A DNA stretch of 63,067 bases, filler included, from Octopus bimaculoides (Eukaryota), in the NCBI RefSeq assembly GCF_001194135.2. It is 9 parts of 9 records of this genome, joined end to end, with 100 filler letters (N's around TTAATTAATTAA, not from the genome) between each part and the next. Parts side by side here need not be neighbours in the genome. Positions count along the whole stretch, not along the records: positions 9,506 to 22,629 come from NC_068989.1; positions 22,730 to 37,237 come from NC_068984.1; 7 more parts are not named here. One strand, written 5' to 3'. The position numbers were made by a program, and so were the translations under genes. Under the pieces are notes generated by a model, which saw only the letters and a program-made list of their open reading frames with translations, searched no databases and was not told the DNA's origin. Positions 12,485-23,763 of this stretch are shown here, in pieces. Each line of letters starts with the position of its first letter. Position 1 is the first letter of the stretch.

Positions 12485-13686
12485 CAGGGTGTGATGGGTA
12501 AATTGTTGCCATTTTATATTTTTAATTTCACGCATGCGCATTGTTTGTTTTTGAATTTGTTGACTGCACAGTATAGTAGAGTCAGTTGGGCACCGTTTGT
12601 GAGAAAAACAGCACCGTGAAATTTGCAAGAAATTTGGCAATGACATGCTGTACTGCTTGGTATTCATGCCGGAAGCTCTAAAACGAACATTTCAGAGTGT
12701 TGGGTGTCAATCTGAGGACAGTGCAGGGGATTCGGAAAGAGTTGGATGAGTCTAATGGTGATTATGAAGGTAAGGGAGCTCGGAAAACTCACTCTGATCA
12801 TTCTGATAAGAAAAGAACTCCTGAATTTGCAGCTAGTGCATGAAGACATTCGGTATTCCTCATACAAGATGAGAAAGGGCCAATTTTTATCTCAAGCCAT
12901 CAAGGACAAAAGGAAAGACTGCACTGTGAAGCTTTTGAACAAACTCAAGCATCCCCATCAATTAAACATGGTTCGGTTTTTCTTAGATGAGAAAAATTTC
13001 TGCCAGGATCAGATAGTGAACACACAGAATATCTGTTGGCTTGCCGTGTCCCCAAAACATGTACGGAGTGTGATAAAAATCAAACATCCAGTGAACATCA
13101 TGGTGTTTGAAGTGATCATTAGTGCTGGTGACATTATGCCTCCATTCATCTTCCCACATGGCCTCAGACTCAATATGGAGGCCTACATCAAGTGTCTGGT
13201 GGAGGTAGTGCTGCCCTGGGTTAAGAGGATGGCTGCCAGAAGACCCTATGTCTGGCAAGAGGACTTTGCACCATGCCACAGAAGCAGGAAAGCCTAGTCA
13301 TGGCTGTCAGACAGTTTCTGCAACCACATCACCCCTAACATCTAACCACCTGACTCCCCAGACTGCAACCTCCTTGATTATTATGTGTGGAGTGCAGTTT
13401 AGCGAGAGACCAACAAAACCCCTTGTAACACCAAAGATGAACTGAAGGCAAGGATTATGGCAGCTTTCACCAACTTAAACAAGGGGACTGTCCAGAGAGT
13501 CACTGGAGATGCCGAAGTCGTCTGGAGGCCATGGTTGAAGCCAATGGCGATTTTATTGAATAAATTTACTCTTTAGTATTTCAAGATATTTTTATGTAAT
13601 TTTGGTAAATATATCTGTTAAAATGAGATATCACTGTTATTTTCATTTTTGCGTAATTTAGGCAACAGTATATTGACTGCACCCTG
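12485..13686 (+). mobile_element. maT/DD37D Tc1-mariner transposon, defective
   Basis: Imperfect TIRs CAGGGTG...TTGTTGCC. ORF 12746-13297 has FFLDEK and WQEDFAPCH; read-through gives PDSPDCNLLDYYVW with exactly 37 residues between the second and third Asp; internal stops. Confidence 0.9.
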
Positions 13687-13714
13687 TGTATATATAGGTA
13701 TGTATATATCTATA

Positions 13715-13925
13715 TATATCATTCAACCACAGTAGTGGTTGAATATATTCTTAAGTCCACCATTTCATCAATCGCAGCAGCTTCCAAGCTTCACCACTAA
13801 TTCAGTTCTCAACTAAATTGCAAACTGTTAATAGTTTTAAAGAGGACACTTCCTCCGCTACACTTTAGCATAAATAGTTTGAGATTTGGTTCAGTAGAAA
13901 AAAGTTACATCAAAATATCTGCGAC
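13715..13925 (-). repeat. Hairpin-ended interspersed repeat, copy 2
   Basis: Homologous to 2150-2340; hairpin ATTCAACCAC-AGTA-GTGGTTGAAT at 13721-13744 abutting a TA-rich tract. Confidence 0.7.
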
Positions 13926-14195
13926 CTCAAGGTGGGTGGCAGTAAGGCAGATATTCATCTTCAATTAACATAAATTTTTAAATTTTAAATTAAAAGTATA
14001 CCTTTCTTAGGCTCAAATGATAGAAAAATGCATGAGGAATTCAAAATCGCTAGTCGCATTGAACAAAAATTAGTAGGAAAAGAGTTATGAAGTAAAATGT
14101 TACGAATTTCATGTCAGTAACTAAGAGAGTAAGGGAGTAACGCTTCAGCAATAAGAATAAAGAATATATTTCTAAAATGAATGCTTACTTTCTAA

Positions 14196-14254
14196 GGGGG
14201 GGCTGGCAAGAAACGTTAGCGCGCTGGGCAAAATGCTTAACAGTATTTCGTCTG
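14196..14254 (+). mobile_element. SINE family A head fragment
   Basis: gctggcaagaaacgttagcgcgctgggcaaaatgcttaacagtatttcgtctg. Confidence 0.7.
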
Positions 14255-14284
14255 TTTTTGTGTTTTTGAGTCTATGACCCAATT

Positions 14285-14652
14285 CAAAGATATGTGGATG
14301 AATTCTGGTGTGCGGACATGGTCAGAATGCATACTGTGTCCCTTCTTGCTAGCCACAGCTTTGTAGTCTGTGTTACAGCTGTGCATGTCACATCTTACAG
14401 TTTTTACAGTAGTGTTCACAGAGCATTGAGTAGCCGTCTGGATGTTGGCAATTTGATACCCAACACAAATCATCATGAAACATAACTCTTTTCCAGTATT
14501 CAATGGCTTCCAGTCCTCCATGTCAGCTAACATTTTCTCACAACTTTAATCTTTATGCTTTCCAATGCTGTTGACTGTTCACTAGTATATCAAGCTGTTC
14601 CTTGAAAAGGGAGACATAAAAAATTGTCAAATTTAACCCAAACACCCTATGT
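14285..14652 (-). mobile_element. Second maT-related element, 5' end only
   Basis: ORF 14237-14533 KKGHSMHSDHVRTPEFI parallels RKTHSDHSDKKRTPEF of the 12485 element; end agggtgtttgggttaaatttg resembles its left TIR. Confidence 0.65.
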
Positions 14653-14987
14653 ATTTATGACCAAAAAAGTTACACAAATCTTATGTAGGTATATCAAAGT
14701 CCATAGTTTGTTTTTGTTTTGTTTACATTGTATAGCAATTTGATTTGGCTATTTTTTTTATGGAACTCTTGAATAAACAAAAGTAAATGGACAATTTGAT
14801 CTTGTTCTACATTCTTTGGTGAAGCATGCTGGGAAGTAGCTTTCATTTACATTATTTTATATGTGAGCATTAGTCCATGTTTTGGAAAAGCATCTTGTTT
14901 GGAAATATTTGTGTTAACAGTTTAGGTGAATATATAAATTTACAGAACAGTATGAAAAATAGGTGTGAAAGCAAAAGTGGTGTCTAT

Positions 14988-15427
14988 GCTGTTACTCAGT
15001 ATGCTAGAAATAGCAGCTAAACTCCCTAAACTTACACTTGCACACTGGTTAATGTCATCCAAGATACACTATGCTGAAGGTAAGATTGGATAGTCAGTCA
15101 TGACTGGAATGTCCTTTCGTCTACTGGATCAGGACTGGTCTAGGGTTAAACAACAGTGGTGAGAAAAATCACTATTTTTACATCACTATCTTTATATCTC
15201 AACTCAATAACTGAAGGTAAAAATTAAAGAATGTAGAGGAAAACCTCTATGTTATCACTTCCCTGCTAGAAATAGCAGCCTAATTTCCTACATATTATAT
15301 ACTACCTACAAGATGGTCTTAGATACATGGTCTGAAAAAATAACATAGAATGATCATAGCTGTAATATCCTTTCTGATTGTAAGTCTCCTGGATCTGGAA
15401 TGACCTTAGATTAAACAATCACCACCA
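14988..15427 (+). repeat. Two tandem copies of an unclassified interspersed repeat (gctagaaatagcag...taaacaa)
   Basis: 14988-15156 and 15251-15427 share head and tail; tail-like matches also near 10050-10115 and 26190-26250. Confidence 0.6.
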
Positions 15428-15851
15428 GGTAAATTCTGAAGAAAATAATCAACCCACACATGAAATTGTTGAGATTCTTCTATCACATGTAGAATCATGG
15501 TGATATACAGAAGTTGAAAGATGAGAGGTATTTTTGGAGCTGAATCTCTCACTTCGAGTATTCATTGTTGTGGAAATGTTAAGTAAACAAACCAACAAGT
15601 GCCTTCACATTTGCAGGTTATTTCATTTCTCACTACTGTATAATAATAGCGCCTGTTGTTTCAACCAAGCCAAGGTATGTAATCTCAGTAAACTCATTGT
15701 CTGTACAGCTGAGGTGAAAATGTGAACAGCTATGTTTCACACACAACCTTAAAACAAACTATTACCCGAAGTTTCTGAATTGGAATCTTGTTCTGTATCT
15801 GAACCTGGGAGTGATTGTTGTGCTGTGGTAGCTCTCAACATACGCTGTTGC

Positions 15852-16080
15852 ATAACCCTTTAGCATTCAGATTAATCTAAATAAATGTAATGTTTATTGG
15901 TTTAGATTATTTTGAATTCATCATGCACTATCACACAGTTTCGAGATTTTGATGATGTGACTGTTTATTTTTTAAATGACATTGTAGGATAGGTGTGAGA
16001 AACCAGATCTGGCTGATTTGAATATAAAACAGGTAGAATATTTTGGCCGGATATGGCCGGTTTGAATGCTAAAGGGATAA
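15852..16080 (+). mobile_element. piggyBac-like MITE with ATAA flanks
   Basis: Perfect 14-bp TIR CCCTTTAGCATTCA / TGAATGCTAAAGGG, with ATAA on both sides. Confidence 0.85.
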
Positions 16081-16203
16081 ATCTTGCTAAGCATCTGTTG
16101 ACGTCCATGGCATATAGACAGCGTGAACTACTTGATTCACATCTATTTCAATGGGTCTTTCATGTTTTCTGCACTTTGTAAACACAGTATAGCATGATAT
16201 TGT

Positions 16204-16420
16204 TTAACCCCTTAGCATTCATATTACTCTGTCAAATATAATGATTATACATTTACATTATTTTGAATTACTCATGCATTGTCTTGTTGCTTTGAGATGT
16301 CAATGATATGATTCGTTACTTTTTGAATGACATTGTAAGAGGCAAGATCTGGCTAGTTTTAACATAAAATAGGAAAAATATTTGGGCTGGATATGGCTGG
16401 TTTAAATGCTGAAGGGCAAA
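16204..16420 (+). mobile_element. piggyBac-like MITE, older copy
   Basis: ttaaccccttagcattc...aatgctgaaggg; homologous to 15852-16080. Confidence 0.8.
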
Positions 16421-16507
16421 ACCTATGACATTTAATTATTTAATTTATAAAATAATATACCTTGTGAGTGATTTGTTAGGTAAGAAACTGAAAAAAAGTG
16501 TGTATGT

Positions 16508-16850
16508 GTGTGTGGTAAGACATCTGCTTCCCAATCACATGGTTCTGGGCTAAGTCCCACTGCGTGGCATCTTCGGCAAGAGTCTTCTGTTGTAGCCTTG
16601 GGCCAACCAAAGACTTGTGATTGGATTTGGTTGACAGAAACTGAAAGAAGCCTGCTGTATATGTGTGTGTTTGTCCCCCACCACTGCTTGATAACCAGTG
16701 TTGGTGTGTTTATGTTCCCATAACAGCAGTCCAGCAAAAGAGACTGATAGAATAAGTACCAGGTTAAAAAAAAAATATTGGGTTTGATTTGTTCAATTAA
16801 AATTCTTCAAGGTGGTGCCCCAGCATGGGCACAATCTAATAACTGAAACA
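16508..16850 (+). mobile_element. SINE family B (tRNA head, CORE-like centre, internal microsatellite, tail)
   Basis: gtgtggtaag...cccactgcgtggcatcttcggcaagagtcttc...gaaactgaaagaagcc, then the tail ...ccagcatggg...actgaaaca. Confidence 0.85.
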
Positions 16851-16872
16851 ATATATATACATATATAATATA

Positions 16873-17285
16873 TGGTTTGGGAATTAAGAAGGCTACTACT
16901 TCCCAACCATGTGATTTGGGGTTCAGTCCCACTGCATGGCACCTTGGGCAAGTGCATTTTCTATTAAGGCCTTATGAGTGGAATTGGAAAATGGAAACTG
17001 AAAGTTCATCTTTGTGTGTGTGTGTGTGTGATTACATATATGTTTGTGTCTGCTTCTCTTGACATGTGATAGTCGTAAATGAGTGTTAATGTTATAGAAG
17101 TGCTATCAGTTGATTGGTTGTTTCCAGTCTTCTGAGAAGGCATGTCCTGGCATGGGAGGAGTATTATTTTGCTTGAAAACAGGTGAGGTTTAGTGACAAG
17201 AAGGGCATCTGGTTGTAGAACACGTACCTCAATAAATTTTGTCTTGCTCTTGCAAGCTTGGGAAGGAGGACATTAAAAGAAAACA
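16873..17285 (+). mobile_element. SINE with family B head and an alternative (RTE-like) 3' tail
   Basis: Head accttgggcaagtg; tail aaaacaggtgagg...gaagggcatc...ggacattaaa also seen at 9760-9860. Confidence 0.65.
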
Positions 17286-17320
<35 letters not shown>

Positions 17321-17345
17321 ATAGATATACACATGCATAAAAATG

Positions 17346-17860
17346 CAGGGGTTGGACAAAATAATTGGACCATGTGTTAAATTTTATGAATATTTATTTA
17401 ATATGGAGTTGGTTCTCTTTTAGCTTTCTGAAACAGCTTCGATGCATCTAGGAATTGATTCATACAACTTCCTGACTTCATTGAGAAGCATCTTGAGCCA
17501 TTCTTCCTGCAGACCTGCTCCAGCTATTGTAGACACAATAGTGGAGGGTAACAACTTCTGACTTCTCACCCCAAGATGCACCACAGATGTTCAATGATAT
17601 TAAGATCTAGAGATTGAGGGGGGGCCACTCGATGTGTTGTAGCTCACTACTATGCTCTTCATACCAATTCTTAACCACATGAGAAGTGTGTATTGGAGCA
17701 TTGTCATCTTGGAAGCTACACTCACCATCAGGGGATAATGTCTGGACTATCGGAAGGACTTGATTTCCCAAAATATTCAGATAATCATTGCTGTTGAGCC
17801 TACCATGCAGGGCAACGATTAGACCAAGAGAATTCCAAGAAATGTTTAACAAAAATATAC
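17346..17860 (-). mobile_element. Tc1-type transposon, 3' half
   Basis: ORF 17607-17888 LNSNDYLNIL...FQDDNAPIHTS...IEWPP, then frameshifted LNIIEHLW; TIR-like caggggttggacaaaataat at 17346. Confidence 0.85.
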
Positions 17861-18024
17861 CGTAGTATTTTGACACTGAAAATAACAAATTTAATGGGTA
17901 CTACTCAAGGGAAATTAGTAATAAGACTTGCATCACATTGAAAACGTGAAGGAAGTATAGGAACCTAAGAAGATGTGGCCTTAGTGATGTTTGTAAATAA
18001 GGTAGAATGTAAGAAATATTAGCT

Positions 18025-18212
18025 TCAAATTTTGACACAAGGCTAGCAAAGAAGCAAAGTCGATTACATTGACCCCAGTGCTCAATTTGTACTCATTTAA
18101 TCAAGCCTGAAAGGTTGAAAAGCAAAGTCAACCCTGGCAGAATTTGAACTCAGAACGTAAGGATAGATGAAATGCTGCTAAGCATTTTGCCTGGTGTGCT
18201 AACGATTCTGCC
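18025..18212 (-). mobile_element. SINE family A
   Basis: gaatttgaactcagaacgtaa...gctaagcattttgcc...gctaacgattctgcc. Confidence 0.85.
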
Positions 18213-18252
18213 NNNNNNNNNNNNNNNNNNNNNNNNNNNNNNNNNNNNNNNN

Positions 18253-18314
<62 letters not shown>

Positions 18315-18319
18315 CCAAT

Positions 18320-18507
18320 TGCAGACATAGCCATGTGGTTATAAGTTTGTTTCCCATCCACATGACTTCAGGTTCAGTCTTACTATGTGGCACCTTGGTC
18401 AAGTGTCTTCTTTATTCCTGGATTGACCAAATCCTTCTAAGTGAATGTGATAGAAACTGAAAGCCCATCATATATGTTTGAAGCTCATCATCATATATAT
18501 TTTGATG

Positions 18508-18552
<45 letters not shown>

Positions 18553-18760
18553 CTTTGCATTTCCAACATCAACTTGTGTTTGCTTATTAATTGTAAACAA
18601 TGGCCTTGCCGATAGTGTCATTTGTTTGCTGTAGGCTGTGAAAATGTGCAGGTTCCTTGACATATTGCACGATTTTTCTAAACAAAAGGTTCATCCACAC
18701 AGTTTCATGTTTCCAGTTTACCATGTTGGCACATCTGGGTTGATAGCTGTTCAGTAAACT
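18320..18760 (+). mobile_element. SINE family B head with alternative body, degenerate
   Basis: gccatgtggtt...caccttggtcaagtgtcttc...gaaactgaaagccc; body loosely matches 17040-17150. Confidence 0.55.
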
Positions 18761-19601
18761 GGGAGATTATTACCCTACTAATGAGGTCACCCTGTAACTT
18801 ACAATGAGCCCCCCTTGAAGGAGATGGAGGATAAGAGATGGAGTGGATGATTTAAGTAAGGTGTTTAGAGGTTCAAATAGGATGGCAGGGAGTAAGAACA
18901 TGCTTATTGTTTGTGGAGAAGATTCATGGTTACTTTGTATTTTACATGGGTGGATGGAGAAGATTGGAATGGGGCTAATTTTTATCAATGATATTGTTTT
19001 CTGTTACCACATATCTGATGTTACATTTGGTTTTGTAATAGAATGTATATTTTTATCTATTTACAAACTCAGACTCTTTTGTGTTGATTCACCATTTGAG
19101 GAGTCCAGAGCTATACAATAAAGCTGTACTTCCTAACCTTTTACAAGCTCCACCCCCCCTTGACAACCAGACCACACTCCTAGTGCCATCCCCACTCACC
19201 ACCACAAACATAGACCACTTTCTGCAGCAAATTTAAAAACAGTATTTCACAAATAAAACTTAACCTAATTAACCCATTATTGTTATTTTTTTTTTACCAT
19301 GCATTGCCCCCTTTTGGCCACCCCATTATTGCCTACTTTTCTTTAGCACCCACCCTGGATCTTTCTACTGCCCCCCAAGAGGAGAGTATCACCCACCTTG
19401 GAAACCACTGAAATTACATAGACTTCACAGAAGACTCCCAATTGCTATGAAACAAGAAGAAAATAATGGTGCCAGTTGCTTTTACTCTTCATTAGTGTGT
19501 AAAGTGTGGANNNNNNNNNNNNNNNNNNNNNNNNNNNNNNNNNNNNNNNNNNNNNNNNNNNNNNNNNNNNNNNNNNNNNNNNNNNNNNNNNNNNNNNNNN
19601 N

Positions 19602-19808
19602 CTGTTTCTGTTGTACCTGTCATTCAAAGGGTCAGCCTTATCACACTCTGTCACGCTGAATATCCCCGAGAACTATGTTAAGGGTACACGTGTCTGTGGA
19701 GTGCTCAGCCACTTGCACGTTAATTTCACGAGCAGGCTGTTCCGTCGATCGGATCAACTGGAACCCTCGACGTCGTAAGCGACGGAGTGCCAACAACAAC
19801 AACAACAA
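19602..19808 (+). mobile_element. SINE family C, young CpG-intact copy with (CAA)n tail
   Basis: gttccgtcgatcggatcaactggaaccctcgacgtcgtaagcgacggagtgcc followed by (aac)n. Confidence 0.85.
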
Positions 19809-20169
19809 GTGTGTAAAGTAAATACAAAAAAAAAAAAGATGCCATGTGGGTCACTACCTAGTGACACCATTTCTCTGCCTTCCTCATTCTCAGATGAAGC
19901 CGAAACATATTTGAATTTAATTGTACTCCTCTGTGAATCTTCCTAAGCTGTGAACAGTTTTCTCTCATTCCAGATTCTAGCACCTGCATTAAGTAAGTCC
20001 TTTGGTATTGTTACACAGCATGTTATGATAAGTGGTGTAGCCTTGTGAAGAGGTTCATAAAGGCTCCTAAGTTTTAAGTTTTATTGCATCCTGTAACTCT
20101 TGACTGAAGTGCACAAATATTACTCCAGACCATTCCAAAATATTTTACATTATATTCTTTTCCTTTCAG

Positions 20170-20251
20170 CAAACCAGTGGTACAGACTTAGCTTCTCTGT
20201 TCATTAATACGTTAACCAGTTCATCTTCTCCTGTATTAGAAGACCCAGTTA
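20170..20251 (+). CDS. GET4: GET4/TRC35 internal exon (third coding exon), 82 nt
   Basis: Acceptor tattcttttcctttcag, donor A|gtaagt; phase 0 joins the 10182-10260 exon. QTSGTDLASLFINTLTSSSSPVLEDPV versus human [27 protein letters not shown] (from memory). Confidence 0.85.
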
Positions 20252-20682
20252 GTAAGTTGTTTTCTTGTTTTCTTTAATGTTTGCATGTCCCACCTACAAT
20301 GCTTGCTGACTTTGCTTTTTCTCTCTCACATTCAACTCTCTCTTCCCTCTCTCTTCTCTCTCTCTTCTCTCTCTCTCTCTTTCCCCTTTCTCTCCTCTCT
20401 ATCCGACATACCATTTTCTCTCTGCTTAACTCTCCTTCTCCAAGTCTTTCCCCCCCCCATTCCTCCAAGTTTTTCACTCTTTCTCTTCCTCCAGCTCTTT
20501 CTCTGTCTTCTCACTCATTACCTGCCTTCTCTTCAATCTTTCTTTCCCATTCTCTCCATGCTTTCCCTCCCTCTTTTCCACTATCCTTTCTCTTTTCAAT
20601 AGTCTTCCCTCATCTCTGTGTATGTATGTGTGTGTGTGTGTGTATGTGCATGCATGTGTCTGCCTGCCTGTCTGTCTGTCTG

Positions 20683-20738
<56 letters not shown>

Positions 20739-21280
20739 NNNNNNNNNNNNNNNNNNNNNNNNNNNNNNNNNNNNNNNNNNNNNNNNNNNNNNNNNNNNNN
20801 NNNNNNNNNNNNNNNNNNNNNNNNNNNNNNNNNNNNNNNNNNNNNNNNNNNNNNNNNNNNNNNNNNNNNNNNNNNNNNNNNNNNNNNNNNNNNNNNNNNN
20901 NNNNNNNNNNNNNNNNNNNNNNNNNNNNNNNNNNNNNNNNNNNNNNNNNNNNNNNNNNNNNNNNNNNNNNNNNNNNNNNNNNNNNNNNNNNNNNNNNNNN
21001 NNNNNNNNNNNNNNNNNNNNNNNNNNNNNNNNNNNNNNNNNNNNNNNNNNNNNNNNNNNNNNNNNNNNNNNNNNNNNNNNNNNNNNNNNNNNNNNNNNNN
21101 NNNNNNNNNNNNNNNNNNNNNNNNNNNNNNNNNNNNNNNNNNNNNNNNNNNNNNNNNNNNNNNNNNNNNNNNNNNNNNNNNNNNNNNNNNNNNNNNNNNN
21201 NNNNNNNNNNNNNNNNNNNNNNNNNNNNNNNNNNNNNNNNNNNNNNNNNNNNNNNNNNNNNNNNNNNNNNNNNNNNNNNN

Positions 21281-21346
21281 GGGACGTAGATTTTTTCTGG
21301 GAAATTAAAGTGGGGGCCTAGGGGAAAATTAGGATGGGAAACACTG
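21281..21346. mobile_element. hAT-like MITE terminus beside a gap
   Basis: Ends ...gggaaacactg (reverse complement CAGTGTTTCCC), similar to the CAGTGGTTCTC end at 54807. Confidence 0.4.
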
Positions 21347-21479
21347 CATTAGATGATGGAGCTCTGGAAAGTCTGTAGTCGGGAACGGGAAAAACCAATA
21401 GGAAAAATAAACAGTTATAGCTGCAGCACTTTGGATCATAGTATGACCTGTTACAACAACAGCTTTTTTGTGCCCTGCT

Positions 21480-21531
<52 letters not shown>

Positions 21532-22118
21532 CTACCTACCTACCTCTTTGGTTATCTCTCTTCAGGAATAACGGTAATATGCAATTATGGAAATAACTTT
21601 TCATAATTGCATTTTATTGAACATATTGAGATGTGAATCAAGCTACACTTAGCTCCTCCTTCTCCTCCCATCTTCTGATTCTCTTCCATCTCCCTCTCTG
21701 TAAATTAATCGATATTCTATAGTGTTCTATTGATTGGCTGTTGTTTTTTTTTGAAACCCATGCTTCACTACTTATGAGTAACAAAAACCTGAAGCTCAGT
21801 AACGACTCCATCAATCCTTCTACCAACCAACCAACAGCAGCAACTGACTGACTGACCACTTCACCCAATCACCCGCCCACTGATCCAGTCCACCCTCATA
21901 TCCATTCAGCCAAGCAACAAACCAACCACCCAACATTTTTATCCATTGGAAATCCTTCCTGCTGATGTTGACCCATTACCTTTCATTCTTCCCATATTCA
22001 TAAATTAGCACCATTTGTATAATAGGTTAATTTAATCCCACACCCACCAATGCCTTGTGGTTTGAATTGCTTGAAAGAAACTGTATAGAAACTCATCTCT
22101 GTCCCTCTTTCTGTTATA

Positions 22119-22177
<59 letters not shown>

Positions 22178-22225
22178 GTTATGCAGGTGTGTTTGAAGCT
22201 TCTAAGGGATAGATATATCCAAATG

Positions 22226-22428
22226 CACTCTTTTACTTGTTTCAGTCATTTGACTGTGGCCATGCTGTAGCATTGCGTTTAGTCGAACAAATCGACCCCA
22301 GGACTTATTCTTTATAAGCCTAGCACTTATTCTATGGGCCTCTTTTGCTGAACCGCTAAGTTACGGGGACGTAAACACACCAGCATCGGTTGTCAAGCGA
22401 CGTTGGGGGAACAGACACAGTCACACAA

Positions 22429-22475
<47 letters not shown>

Positions 22476-22508
22476 CATATATATGACGGGCTTCTTTCAG
22501 TTTTCTGT
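22226..22508 (-). mobile_element. SINE family B, 3' two-thirds, CpG largely intact
   Basis: tttagtcgaacaaatcgaccccagg...gacgggcttctttcagttt, near-identical to part of 29841-30209. Confidence 0.9.
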
Positions 22509-22629
22509 CTTCGACAATTTTTGATATCTTAACATTTGAAGCAGCTGGAGATATGGTAGTTTGACCAAGTAAAAATAAATATTGCAAGGATCTCATTTGG
22601 CCAAATTTGGATACACTACAGTTTAACAT

Positions 22630-22729
22630 NNNNNNNNNNNNNNNNNNNNNNNNNNNNNNNNNNNNNNNNNNNNTTAATTAATTAANNNNNNNNNNNNNNN
22701 NNNNNNNNNNNNNNNNNNNNNNNNNNNNN
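22630..22729. other. Artificial scaffold spacer
   Basis: N44-TTAATTAATTAA(22674-22685)-N44. Confidence 0.97.
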
Positions 22730-22763
22730 ATTATTATTATTATTATCATTATTATTATTAATA

Positions 22764-22809
<46 letters not shown>

Positions 22810-22853
22810 CATCATTATTATTATTATTATTATCATTATTATCATCATCATCA

Positions 22854-22884
<31 letters not shown>

Positions 22885-22885
22885 A

Positions 22886-22935
<50 letters not shown>
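22730..22935. repeat. (ATT)n/(ATC)n microsatellite
   Basis: Direct. Confidence 0.97.
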
Positions 22936-23197
22936 CGTTGTTACTGTATTGTTTTGTGCGAGATGTTCCAAGTCTCACCCAGAGATTTCATGTAACAGCA
23001 AGTTTGGTGTTTGAATCTGGGTGTTATTTATTTATTTATTAGCAACGATATAGTCCAGGGACGGAAAGGAGACCCAAACATTGGAAGCGAGATTCTGTTA
23101 AATTCCAAATATTTTCGATTTTGAGAAAGTTTTAAGAGAATCAGACACTCTCGGGCTGGTTCTGATACTTTTGGCTTTCCTGGTATTTGACCATTGT

Positions 23198-23275
<78 letters not shown>

Positions 23276-23276
23276 C

Positions 23277-23329
<53 letters not shown>

Positions 23330-23341
23330 TATTATTATTAT
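23198..23341. repeat. (AAT)n tract ending in a short inverted (TAT)n
   Basis: Direct. Confidence 0.97.
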
Positions 23342-23760
23342 AGATGTTGCATCGTATACAATATCATGACGTTGTTGATTGAAGATATTGTGTCTACCGG
23401 GGGTTTGTACTGTTTGTCAAGTCACAAGAAGGACCTCAGACGGACAATACTTTACGCAATATGCATGCAGTTCCAAGTAATGCCGACTTTTGCAATACAC
23501 CTAGACTGTAGGATATCTCTAAGGTTTTCAGATGTTTTTTTCAGATTAGGTAGTATTGAACCCAATGCTCCGATGACAATAGGAATAACCTTTATTTTCG
23601 ACTCTCGTAGCTGCCACATCTTAGCGATCTCAATTCTCAGGTCTCCATATTTATCAATCTTTTTCCTTTTCTTTCATGATGATATATTGATCTCCTGGCA
23701 CTTCTACATCGATTATTAGGTACTCTTGTTTGTCCCTCCTAAAGGTTACTATATCCGGCC
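23342..23760 (-). mobile_element. R4/Dong-clade non-LTR retrotransposon 3' end (restriction-like endonuclease), 5'-truncated
   Basis: Minus strand gives RPDIVTFRRDKQEYLIIDVEVPGD...KEKEK/IDKYGDLRIEIAKMW...KVIPIVIGALG...LQKSALLGTACILRKVLSV* (stop 23436-23438, frameshifts), then a ~95-nt 3' UTR and TAA repeats. Confidence 0.85.
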
Positions 23761-23763
23761 TTC

